This document shows, piece by piece, positions 32,665 to 45,260 of a stretch of DNA of 64,000 nt. Numbering within the stretch: position 1 is the stretch's first letter; each line of letters begins with the position of its first letter. The stretch lies in assembly GCF_009914755.1 (NCBI RefSeq), contig NC_060936.1. One strand, written 5' to 3'. A program made the position numbers and the translations under genes. Source of the DNA: the human T2T-CHM13v2.0 reference genome, Homo sapiens. A model generated the notes under the pieces. It was given only the letters and a program-made list of their open reading frames with translations. It made no database searches and was not told the DNA's origin.

Positions 32665-33056
32665 TGAGAGGATTGTAAAATGCGCCAATCAGCACTCTGT
32701 AAAAATGCACCAGTCAGTGCTCTGTGGCTAGCTAGAGGTTTGTAAAATGGACCCCTCAGCACACTGTAAAATGGACCAATCAGTGCTTTGTAAAATGGAC
32801 CAATCAGCAGGATATGGGCGGGGATAAATAAGGGAATAAAAGCTGGGCACCCCAGCCATCAGCTGCAACCCAGTCAGGTCCCCTTCCATGCTGTGGAAGC
32901 TTTTTTCTTTCGCTCTTCACAATAAATCTTGCTGCTGCTCACTCTTTGGGTCCGTGCCACCTTTAAGAGCTGTAACACTCACCGTGAAGGTCTGCGGCTT
33001 CATTCTTGAAGTTAGCGAGACCACGAGCCCACTGGAAGGAACCAACTCTGGACACA
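32665..33056 (+). repeat. 5' LTR (LTR12/LTR12F-like), 62-bp U3 deletion
   Basis: Tandem TGTAAAATGGACCAATCAGC (NF-Y CCAAT) repeats, GGGAATAAAAG promoter motif, AATAAA at 32921-32926, ends GGACACA. Confidence 0.93.
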
Positions 33057-33059
33057 TCT

Positions 33060-33077
33060 TGGTGACCCAGACGGGAC
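33060..33077 (+). other. Primer-binding site (tRNA-Arg)
   Basis: TGGTGACCCAGACGGGAC lies 3 nt after the LTR; 16/18 match to the remembered complement of a tRNA-Arg(CCG) 3' end (TGGCGACCCAGATGGGAC). ERV9 is primed by tRNA-Arg. Confidence 0.85.
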
Positions 33078-33379
33078 CATTGGACCCCTTTTGCTTGCTA
33101 TTCTGTCCTATTTTTCCTTACAATTCAGGGGCTAAACACCAGGGCACCTGTCGGCCAGTTAAAAGCAACTAGCGCGGCCACCGGACTAAAGACACGGGTG
33201 TTAGGCTTTCTGGGAAAGGGCTCTCTAACAACCCCCGACTCTTCAGAGTTGGGAGCGTTGGTTTGCCTGGAACCAGCTTCCTCTTTGCCTGTACTTCTGG
33301 GCTGAGCCAAGGGTTGACAAGAGGGGAAAGCCATTCAGCTGCGGGGTCCCAACAAAAAGTTGGTTGACCCTGTAGCCAT

Positions 33380-34200
33380 GAGGGGAACTCTGTAGGTCAG
33401 CCAAAGGTTCAGTGGGTCGGTCCAGGGGTCCTTGGTAGAAGTTGTTAGTTGAACTCATTTGGGGTTCCATTTGTAAGACCATCTATAGCTTGATGGCATC
33501 GATCCTGGAGGAAACAAATTTGACAAGGAGTTTAAAAATACGGGCCTGAAGGCGAGTAATAGCAAGATGGCTGTTACGGGACCTAGAAAGGGGAGAAGCC
33601 ATGTTGCCCAGCTCCAGAGGTTGGTATAAGAGTTTGAAAGGCGTTGTCTGATTTCAGAAGCCTTTTCCTGTAAACGCCAGGTGGCGTCTCATACTGTCCC
33701 TCACTGGTTAGTGTAAAAGCAACATTCTTCCCCTAAGAAGGTGCATAGTCCTCCTTTCTCAGCAGTGAGGAAGTCTAGGCCTTGGCGGTTTTGGAGAGTC
33801 ACTGCTGCCAAAGAGTCTATCTGGGATTGTAGAGGAAGGATAGATTTTGTTATTTCTTGCAAGCTGTCTGAGAAATCCTTTGAGAGTGTGTGGTAGTAGG
33901 ATAATGAAGTAGATAAATCTGCTATTCCAATTCCTGTAGCAGTGGCCATTCCTAACCCTATAAGTAGGGGTATTAGTTGTATGGCCCTGTGCTGATGGAC
34001 TTGAGCTTTGAAGGGGCACTGATAGAGTCTGATTTCCTGGGGCAATGTTAATGTTGGGACTTAGGAAGACTAAGGTGTAGGTGCCTGTCCAGTTGGTGGG
34101 GAGGCAGATACAGGTTGAAGTTCCACTTAAGAAGAATATGCCTTGGCTGGGTAGACAGAAATTTACCCTGGCTTTTAAAGGAATAGGGTACACTGTTTTT
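33380..34200 (-). pseudogene. env: ERV9 env remnant (SU C-terminus + TM)
   Basis: ORF 33701-34045 has a fusion-peptide-like RAIQLIPLLIGLG, the immunosuppressive domain LQNRQGLDFLTAEKGGLC and CX6CC (CTFLGEECC). Cytoplasmic tail MVLQMEPQM at 33482. Frameshifted. Confidence 0.93.
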
Positions 34201-34360
34201 TCTTTACTACTTCTATCTCTGTGTCTCTCTTTGTCTCTTCCTCTCTCTCTCTCTCTCTTTCTCTCTTTCTGACTTCTTTTCTGTCTCTTCCTCTCTCTGT
34301 TTCTCTCTTTCTGACTCCCTCTTTGTCTGTCTCTTCCTCTCTCTCTCTTTCCTCTCTGCT
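34200..34360. repeat. CT-rich low-complexity tract at the pol/env junction (integrase and most of SU absent)
   Basis: (CT)n-like run joins the RNase H C-terminus directly to late env. Confidence 0.8.
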
Positions 34361-34414
34361 GGTCTTTCCCTGCCTCTGCCAGCTGCTTATGCTGCTGTTC
34401 TCCCCTCTCCTTTC

Positions 34415-36600
34415 AGCAGTGTAAGACTGCCACCTCCTTGGGTTTTTGCACTGTGTGCAATAACTCCGTGATTTCCTTATGGTATTTAATGGGGTTCACC
34501 CAGAGGTTAGGAACTCCCTTTCTTTCCATATTGCATCATGGGCACGAAGGATTAGATAAGCATACTTGTTATCTATACACATTTATTCTTTTTCCCTTTC
34601 CCAGTTCTAAGGCTTGGGTAAGTGCCACTAGTTCTGCTATCTGGCCGCTGGTCCCTGGGGGAGGAGGCTTACTTTCAAGTACTGTTACATCACTAACTAT
34701 GGCATAACCTGCCCTTTGTATCCCATTCTTCACAGATGAACTGCCATCAGTGTATAGGTTAAGGTCAGGATTAGCTAAGGGGACTTCTAAGAGATCCTCT
34801 TGGGTGGCATAAGTCTGGACTATAATTTGTTGGCAGTCATGCTCGATTGGTTCCCCATCCTCTGGGAGAAAAGTGGCAGGGTTGAGAGCCGCACAGATGC
34901 ATATTTGAAGCATCGGTCCCTCAAGGAGTAGCGCCTGGTATCCAAGCAGGCGGTTGTCTGATAGCCATAAACTTCCTTTGGCACCTAGTGTGCCATTTAC
35001 ATCATGAGTAGTCCAGACAGTGAGATCCTTTCCTAGTATTATTTTGATAGCCTCTGATATAAGACGGCCACTGCTGCAACTACACGTAAACAGTGAGGCT
35101 AGCCTTTTGCCACTGGTTGTAGGGTTGTCCCGTGAGTCTGAGTAAGGACTTCAAGAGCTATTCCTGCTCTCTCTCTGACGTATAAAGAGAAGTTTTGTCT
35201 TGTGGGAAGGCTTAAGGCTGGAGCTTGTACTAGGGCCTGCTTTAAGGATTTGAAGGCTGTTTCTGCCTCTGGTTCCCATTCTACTAGATGAGTATTTGCC
35301 CTCTGGGTCTCCTTTATTAGAGTATAGAGTGGCCTGGCCATCTTGCTGTATCCAGGGATCTGTAGTCGGCAAAAGCTGGTGATTCCAAGGAACCCCCGCA
35401 ACTGTTTTAATGTCTTAGGGCGAGGATAAGCCAGTATAGGCTGTATTCGTTTCTTGCTGAGGGCCCTGGTTCCTCTGGCTAAGATTAGGCCTAGATATTT
35501 GACTTGTTGTAGGCAGAGCTGGGCCTTTGATTTAGATGCCTTGTACCCTTGATTAGCTAGAAAGTTCAAGAGATCTCGAGTAGCTTGCTGGCATGAGGCT
35601 TCCGAACTGGCAGCCAAAAGTAAATCATCCACAAACTGAAGGACCAGAGTGCCTGGACTTGAGAAGTGGCCTAGATCTTGGACCAGTGCCTGACCAAACA
35701 GGTGAGGGCTATCCCTGAACCTTTGGGGCAAGACTGTCCACGTAAGTTGGGACGTGTGATCTGTAGGATCCTCAAAGGCAAAGAGAAACTGGGAGTCAGA
35801 GTGCAGGGGAATACAGAAGAAGGCATCCTTGAGGTCCAGAACTGTGAACGATTCTGCTTCCTTTGGTATTTGAGAGAACAGGGTATAGGGCTTGGGTACA
35901 ACTGGATATAGAGGAATTACTGCTTCATTGATGAGTCTAAGATCTTGCACTAGTCTCCACTGACTGGTTTTTGTACTCCTAGAATTGGGGTGTTGCAGGG
36001 ACTGCTGCATTTTCTTACTAGGCCTTGAGCTTTTAAATGTCTAACAATATCCTGTAATCCTTTATGAGCTTCAGGCCTTAAGGGATATTGCCTTTGATAA
36101 GAAAAAGTGGTGGGATCTTTTAGCCTTATTTGGAGTGGGTGGGCATATTTTGCCCTTCTGAATTGTCCTTCCAATGCCCAGGCTTCAGGGTTGATTCCCT
36201 CCTCAAGCAGGGGACAACAAATTGGTAACTTGTTCCCCATATTCATGTAGATAATAGCTCCAGCTTTGGCTAATATGTTCCTCCCTAATAAGGGTATGGG
36301 ACTTTCAGGCATAACAAGAAAGGCATGTGAAAAGAGCAAAGTCTCCCAATTACCACTGAGAAGGTGGGAGAAATACCTGGTTACAGACTGTCCCAGGATT
36401 CCTCGGATGGTAATGGACCTTGAGGACAGCTGTCCGGGACAGGAGATTAACACTGAGCCTCGGATGGTAACGGACCTTGAGGACAGCCGTCTGGGACAGG
36501 AGATTAACACTGATAAAGCTGTACCGGTGTCCAGGAGGAAGTCAATTTCCTGGCCCTCAATGGTTAAACATACCCGGGGTTCAGTGAGGGTGATGACATG
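34415..36600 (-). pseudogene. pol: ERV9 pro-pol remnant (protease, RT, RNase H)
   Basis: Protease FLLDTG near 36524-36541. RT ORF 35099-36010 has WRLVQDLR, LDLKDAFF, LPQR (degenerate LPQG) and FVDD (degenerate YXDD). RNase H has LYTDGSS and AELVALTQAL (34569-34913). Confidence 0.95.
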
Positions 36601-36639
36601 AGCTGGCGCTTGCCCCGGGCACCCTCAGTCCTGTTGGAT

Positions 36640-38080
36640 CATCTGGTTGGGGGCTTCTGGCCCAGAGAACCTTTGTCCTTTGGGGCAGTGCACCTTCCAG
36701 TGATTGCCTTGGCATAGTGGACATGGGCGAGGGGGCAGCTTGTTTCTCGTTGGACAATCTTTTTTAAAGTGTCCTTGCAAACCAAATTGATAACAAGCCT
36801 AACCGGGTGATTGGCCTGCTCCATTTTCTGTCCTCTCTGAACCACCAAGGTCTGTTTGTCTGAGGGCCATGACTAAGGCTGTAGCCTTTCTCTTATCTCA
36901 CTTTTCCTTTTCAGCCTGTTCTTCTCGATCCCTACTGTAGAACACGGAGGTTGCCAGGTTTAATAATGCGTCCAAATTTTGTTCAGGGGCCAGGGCTAGC
37001 TTTTGGAGCTTTATCCTGATATCTGCAGCTGACTGGGTAATAAACTTATCTTTTAGGATCAATTGACCCTCGAGTGAGTCGGGTAACAGGGAAGTATATT
37101 TTCTTAAGGCCTCCTGTAGCCGCTCGAGGAAGGCGGTAGGATTTTCTTCCTTTCCCTGAGTTATGGTGGATGTCATTGAATAATTCATGGGCTTTTTCCT
37201 AATTCTGCTTAGTCCTTCTAGGACACAGGTTAACAGATGTTCACGACTCCAGTCCCCATGATCTGAGTCGAGGACCCGGTGGGGATCCACACTGAGAATG
37301 GCTTGCTGACCAGTAGGGAATTTGTCCCTTTCTTCGACTGTCATTCTGTCATTTACGTGACTGAGATGCCAGGTATCTCCAAACTCTTGGGCTGCAACTA
37401 AAGCTGCATTCTTTTCATTAAAGGCCAGGGTTTGATCTAACAATAGCATGACATCTCTCCAAGTGAGGTTGAAGGTTTGCCCTAGACCCTATAGGACATC
37501 TATATACCTATCAGGATCATCTGAAAACTTCCCCAGGTCTACTGTCATCTGCTTTAAATCAGAGAGAGAGAGAAGGGGACATGTACCTGGGTTGGGCCAA
37601 ATTCCCCTCCCCCTACAGCTTGAAGGGGACATAACCGATAGCCTGGGAGTTTTTGTGGTCCTTTGGAGATTTCTTTGCTTGTTTCCTTCTGGGTGGTGGA
37701 GATTAGAGGAGGCTTATCATTAATAGGAAGGGGAGCTGTAGGAAGGCTAGGATATGGGGGTAAGCTGAGAGGTCCTCCTCCCCAATATTGCAAGCTTTGC
37801 ATAGTTGTGGATTATCCTTCAGTGAAAAGAAAGCTTGGACATAAGGTATTTCACTCCGTTTGTCTTCCCTCTTACAGAAAAGGTCAAGCTGCAGGATAGT
37901 ATTGTAATTTATATTTCCCTCAGGTGGCCATTTTTGACCATCAGAGAGAGAATATTGGGGCCAGGCCATAGTGCAGAAAAAAATGAGCCGCCTCTTTTTC
38001 AGGGTTTGCAGGTCAAATTGGTCCCAGTGGCTTAGGATGCATTTCAAGGGTGAGCCTGTTGATGCCTGTGTGTTCCCCAT
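36640..38080 (-). pseudogene. gag: ERV9 gag remnant
   Basis: MGNTQAS myristoylation-type start at 38080, proline-rich PPYP segment, capsid major homology region QGKEENPTAFLERLQEAL. Split over several frames. Confidence 0.95.
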
Positions 38081-38302
38081 CTGAAAGAAAAAACCTCCTG
38101 TGGTTTTGGTTTGTTCCCCGCTACCCTCTCAACCCCGAGTTATCGTGGCTTTAAAAACCGGACCATTGTCGCTTTGGCTGGCCTATAGAATTCCCCTCTG
38201 GAGGACACTACCACTGCAGGGCCCCTTCTTTACCCCTATCCAGCAGGAAGTAGCTAGAGTGGGCATCGCCCAATTCCTAGCAGCAGTTGGGGTGTCCTGT
38301 TT

Positions 38303-38312
38303 AGAGGGGGGA
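38303..38312 (+). other. Polypurine tract
   Basis: AGAGGGGGGA immediately upstream of the 3' LTR start TGAGAGG. Confidence 0.9.
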
Positions 38313-38313
38313 T

Positions 38314-38767
38314 TGAGAGGTGAAGCCAGCTGGACTTCTGGGTTGGGTGGGGACTTGGAGAACTTTGATATCTTACAAGAGGATTGTAAAATGCGCCAGT
38401 CAGCGCTCTGTAAAAATGCACCAGTCAGTGCTCTGTGGCTAGCTAGAGGTTTGTAAAATGGACCAGTCAGCACCCTGTAAAATGGACCAATCAGTGCCCT
38501 GTAAAATGGACCAATCAGCAGGACATGGAGGGGGACAAATAAGGGAATAAAAGCTGGCCACCCCAGCCAGCAGCGGCAACCTGGTCGGGTCTCCTTCCAC
38601 ACCGTAGAAGCTTTGTTCTTTCGCTCTTCACAGTAAATCTTGCTGCTGCTCACTCTTTGGGTCCGTGCCACCTTTAAGAGCTGTAACACTCACCACGAAG
38701 TTCTGCGGCTTCATTCTTGAAGTCAGCGAGTCCATGAACCCACTGGAAGGAACCAACTCCGCACACA
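38314..38767 (+). repeat. 3' LTR (LTR12/LTR12F-like)
   Basis: Starts TGAGAGGTGAAGCCAGCTGGAC. About 33 mismatches to the 5' LTR over ~390 bp (hand count). The polyA signal reads AGTAAA (38632-38637). Confidence 0.95.
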
Positions 38768-40040
38768 TAAAGATGAGGAAAATTGTTCTTTTGGTTTTGA
38801 CGACTTTACTATGTGCAGTTAGCATTGCTGAATGTGGTGGTCTCTGAGAGCAGTGTAATTCTGATGATACATACAGGCATTTGTCTATTAAAAATGGGAT
38901 GAAATTGAAGATGGTTTATTGCCTTTTATATCATCTTTTGGATTTGTGATAAAGACAAACCTTTGAAAATGTTTGTAGTTATTAATATGACCAGAAACTG
39001 AAACTGTTTCAGTTTGGCACAGGAGAGATTAGTAGTAGTATTGCTGTTAGTCATTATGTAAGAGATGATAATGTTTGGATTTAACCTTCGATTGTTTGTA
39101 ATATGATATTCCTAACATTCCTGACTAAAAGGCTAGTGAATAAAAAATAATGCATTTACAACTATATTAAAACTGCATTGCAGAAAGCATATGAAATTTC
39201 AAGTTTAGGAAATTTCCTGCTTTGAAACTTTTTTCTTCACACTTCACGCTTTCAGCACTTATGTGTGATGCATCTAGAAGATGCATCTGGTTTTGCCAAA
39301 TACAGTACTGCACCTGAATTACATTTTCGGTATTTATTCAGTATTTATTTTCAGTCTTTATTTCCTAAAGGTTAATTTTCTTTAAAACCTTAGCAATTTT
39401 TCATCCAGCCCTTTTCATGTTATAATCATTTGCTTGTGTGATTTTACCACACACTGTATCCAACTAGGTAGCATTACTGGAAAACTTATTTGATTTTTTG
39501 CCAAATGGGAGATGGCTGGAATATTTTTTGTAGTAGAGAATATGTGGAGAAAATGCTTTAATTGATCCCTGACCAAATACAGCAAGAAAAACTTAAGTAA
39601 ACCTTAATAAGCAGGCAATAGAAGTTAAGGTGATAATATTCTGACTTTGGATATAAACACTCAAACATGAGCTCTGCTACTGGAAAGTAAAAAATAAAAT
39701 TAGTGTTAAGTTGAGATGAGTCAACTTGTTGATCATCTGCCTAGCCTACTGTGATAGGAATGGTTGTAAGACTTGGAAGTTTTTCCTTCCTAAGTTGATA
39801 AGCATTTGAGTGGAAAGAAAGTCACTTTTCTCTTGATGTTTTTTCACTTTGGAATTTTCAGACTGTTTAAAGTCTTTTAAAATTTTCTGAGTCACTTCTT
39901 TATTTTCTAGGCTGCTCATATTAAGAGAAGTATTGCCTTTTTATCCTTTAAAATGTAATACCCTCATCTTTAGTGGTTGTCCCTGCTTAGGTTATATTGC
40001 TTAGAACATAACGTTTATGTTTGGTTAAAATTTCACTGAG

Positions 40041-40376
<336 letters not shown>

Positions 40377-40380
40377 CTAT

Positions 40381-40868
40381 GTAGGCTTTATTATTAGATT
40401 TGTGTGTTTGTATTATAAGGAAAACAAATTTTTAGTAAAATATAATGTATTTTGTTCATTGTTTAGTTCATTGCTGGATTGCTGGTCTCTAGAACTTTTC
40501 CTGGTACAGAATAAACATATAATAAGTATTTTTTAAATGATGTACTTAATTTTATTACCCTACCATGCTTGAAACTGTGACTTTATATTATAGTTTCCTT
40601 TAGCAAAAGGTGAAACTATAGTCAATATATAGATTATAAGTAAATTTTTAAAAATCTTCATTTACCGTAATAGCATCATTTTACATGTATACCTGCTTTT
40701 CAGATTTGTAACTCATTTGGTTTAAGTTTGGGGCATTTGGATGTTTCTGATGTTGAATGATAAAATGTAGGCTTAAAAAAATTATCCTTCGAGTTTTATG
40801 CTGCTGTATTGTGTATAGCCTCTCTTTCATAATGATACTTGGACTGTGATGGTATAAAGTGACTCTTA
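40381..40868 (+). repeat. Inverted local duplication, copy A
   Basis: Reverse complement aligns along its whole length with 47591-47734 plus 48029-48389, roughly 85-90% by eye. Confidence 0.93.
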
Positions 40869-42201
40869 TTTTAATCTGAATGCATTCGAGATATTTCAAG
40901 TTCTTGAAAGACTGTTACACTTCTTGGGATGGTCATCATCATATTTTTGAAGCAGAGATCCTAAAACTTAAAAACCTCAGAGAAAGTCCAGCATCTATTT
41001 TCAACTCCTTGTTTTTTAAAGCTTTAGAACTTGACTTTGTACTCTTTGGTGAGGTGACAAAACAAATTCAGATTTTTTTTTTTAACTGAGGACTTCAAAA
41101 AATTTTTGTGATGTTTATAGTATTTTGTCTCTTTTTAGAAAGTCAAATTTGTTGAGGTATAGTTTACACTCAGTGAAATTCACCCATTTTAGATGTATGG
41201 TTCTGTGAATTTTGACAAACATTACTGAAATGGCTAAAGTCGACTGCTATCTAGCAGACATTGCTAAAATAGCAACTTAGCAGTTAAAATGTCATCTTTT
41301 TATCACTTTGGGAAGATTCTCATTGGTATCTTTCCATGGGTACAATAAGAGACCAGCAGTGTGGCAGGCTTTCACTGTCTTTTTCCCTCAACTCTACCTC
41401 ACATAAAGGTGAGATTTTCCTATTTTCTTAGGAAAGTCAGCTAGTGGGGTAGGGTGATAAGCTAGGACGGGTTCCTTGTGATTTTATTTAAAGGTTGGTC
41501 TACTTAATGCTGGGGGAAAAAAGAAGTGTAGTGATACAACATGTTGCCTACCTTTACATTTTCAAAATAATTTTAAGGAAATAAACTGCTGTTTGATTCA
41601 AAATGATTCTTTGTGTTATGGCAGTTAAGATTTTATTAACACCAGGGCTCGAGAATGCCTGTTAAAAATCTAGGTGTTGCTCCTTCTCAGCTACCAACTA
41701 TATCTTTTTTTAAGGGCCATATTAGTAACATATGTTGGGAACTTTTGCCATGTTACCAATTATGCTTTTTCAGTTTTTTTTTTGAGACTTTTCTACTCAA
41801 AAAGGTTCTGAGTATTTAGAAAGTACTCCAATTGTAATCATTCTTTTTATTGCTTCTGGAATGTAGCAGGGCTCCATGTTCTTCCCCATTTCTTGACAGT
41901 TTCTTAATATCTTGGAACATTGTTGTAGAGTATAATGTCCTATCTGTGTTGAAATACTTGGCTTTGGCATTTAAGTGCTATCATGCATTTATTTGAGAAC
42001 AGTTTATGGCTCATTCAGACATTGTGGATAAGAGCATTGACTTAGGTGTCAGGCAGAATAAATTTAATCTGACTCTGCCATTTAGTAACTATATGAACAT
42101 GGATAAGTTAATTATAACTGCTCTAGCTGTTTTGTCATCTGCCAAATGGGGAAAATAATCATATGTATCTTCCAGGATTGTTGTAAGGATTAAAGAGATA
42201 A

Positions 42202-42699
<498 letters not shown>

Positions 42700-42917
42700 T
42701 AAACAGATAAATGCAATAAGTTGTGACATATGCTATATCAGAAACAAATGAAAAGAATAAAGGAGTTAGTATCATAAGCCTGGGGAGGTCAGGGAAAGAC
42801 ATTTCTATCCCTGACTTATTTTTGATGTGTGAATAGTAGTTTCCTGTTGACTTATTTGACAGATATTTACTGAATACACTTTACTTTTGCCAGGCACTAT
42901 TTTAGGTGCTGGGAATA

Positions 42918-43391
42918 CCACTGGTTTCATGGAAGACAATTTTTCCATGGACTGGTGGGCAGGGGGTGGAGGGGATGGTTTTGGGATGATCCAAGCACAT
43001 TACATTTATTGTGCACTTTATTTCTATTATTACTACATTGTAATATATAATGAAATAATTATATAACTCACCATAATGTGGAATCAGTGGGAGCCCTGAG
43101 CTTGTTCTTTCACAGCTAGACTGTCCCATATGGGAGTGATGGGAGACAGTGGCAGATCATCAGGCATTAGATTCTCATAAGGAGCGTGCAACCTAGATCA
43201 CAATAGGGTTCAGGCTTCTATGAGAATCTAATGCCACCGCTGATTTTACAGGAGGCGGAGCTCAGGTGGTAATGCAAGCAGTGGGGAGCAGCTGTAAACA
43301 CAGATGAAGCTTTTGAGCCCCTCCTGCTGTGAGGCCAGGTTCCTAACAGGCTATGGAATTGGCTTGTAGCCTAGGGGTTGGGGACCCCTGC
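42918..43391 (+). mobile_element. MER1A (hAT-Charlie) DNA transposon relic
   Basis: Diagnostic GGTTTCATGGAAGACAATTTTTCC and CATTAGATTCTCATAAGGAGC, terminal GGGGTTGGGGACCCCTG. Confidence 0.85.
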
Positions 43392-43402
43392 TGTATAGGA
43401 GT

Positions 43403-44185
<783 letters not shown>

Positions 44186-44189
44186 GAGT

Positions 44190-45260
44190 AAAGAAGACAG
44201 ATAATGTCTCTACTCTCAGGAGCTTTCAGTCTAGTGGGAAAAGATCAGTAGTAAACAAAAATATCAGAGACAAGTGCTATGAAAGAGACTAAAAGGTGAT
44301 GTAATAAGGAGAGACTGAGGGGTTGCTTTACATTGCATTGTCAGGGAAGGATCCTTTGAGTAGGTAACCTTTGAGATCTTCCTACAAAAGAGTCAGCCAT
44401 GGCAAAGATTAGAGGGATGAGCATTCTACCATAGGGAACCATGTTACACAAAGCCCCTTGAGCTCTTGGAGTATTTAAGGAGCAGACAGGTCAGTGTGGC
44501 TGGAATGTAATGGGCAAGGGGTAGAGTGGTGCAAAATGAGATCAGAGATAGTCAGGGTCTAAATCATTTAAGGCTTTGTAAGCCAGAGTAAGGAGTTTCT
44601 AGGTGTAAACGAAAGCCAGTGGAGGGCTGTAGCAGGGGGAACGCCTTTTGAAAAAGATTACTGTCGCTGCCGTGTGAAGACTGGATTCTGAGGGTAAGGG
44701 TAACAAGGGTGGAATTTAGGAGACCTCTGGAGGCTGCTGTGTTAGTATAGGTGAGAGGTGGTGGTGGCTTGGGCCAGAGAGTAAATTAGTGGAGAAAAAT
44801 AGGTTGATTTGGGCTGTGTTTTGAAGATTGAATCAACAGGACTTGCTGACTGCATGTGATCAAGGCAAATCCTAGGACTTGAGCACTTAGAAGATTGGTG
44901 GTGCAGTTTACTGAAATGGATAAGACTGGAGGGGAGAGCAAGTTTGGTGGGACAATCATGAGTTCTGTTTTGTTAAGTTTGAGGTGCCAATTAGACATCT
45001 ATGTAGAGATTTCATACTTGGTGGTAGGTAATAGTAGTACTGTGGAATTCAGTGAGAGTTTAGGGCCAGGGATAAATATTTAGGAGTAACTGATGTATGT
45101 CTGCTAGATTTGGTAAGTGACCTTGACAAGTGTGGTCTTAGTGGGAATGGAAACTAGATTGTAGAGAAGTATCAGGTAAAGGATGGAATGAGAATATGAA
45201 GTTGGGGAATGGAGACAGTGACAATAGACTCCTAAGAAATTTTCCTGTGAAAAGGGAAGC
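44190..45260 (-). mobile_element. L2 LINE fragment
   Basis: GGAGCTTTCAGTCTAGTGGG, GTCAGTGTGGCTGGAATG, TTAAGTTTGAGGTGCC motifs. Similar L2 pieces at ~780-1200, ~42640-42910 and ~63270-64000. Confidence 0.7.

Larger units (their letters stand above)
32665..38767 (+). mobile_element. ERV9/HERV9 provirus (LTR12 family) with inverted internal coding block
   Basis: Two direct LTRs (TG...CA), 4-bp TSD TAAA (32661-32664 / 38768-38771), PBS after the 5' LTR and PPT before the 3' LTR. gag, pro, RT, RNase H and env-TM remnants all lie on the - strand. Confidence 0.95.

Noticed and set aside
32672-32810. Regularly spaced ~20-bp repeats (CRISPR-like)
   Set aside because: These are LTR12 U3 CCAAT tandem repeats with no unique spacers, in mammalian DNA.
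33701-34045. Syncytin-like env gene
   Set aside because: Only a frameshifted TM fragment; no signal peptide or most of SU, and a stop precedes the membrane anchor.
34200-34420. Integrase/SU deletion with CT-rich filler as a novelty
   Set aside because: As I recall, this is a common feature of ERV9 internal sequences, not specific to this copy.
35099-36010. 303-aa reverse transcriptase ORF as a functional or co-opted enzyme
   Set aside because: Motifs are degenerate (FVDD, LPQR), it is frameshifted from protease and RNase H, and integrase is absent.
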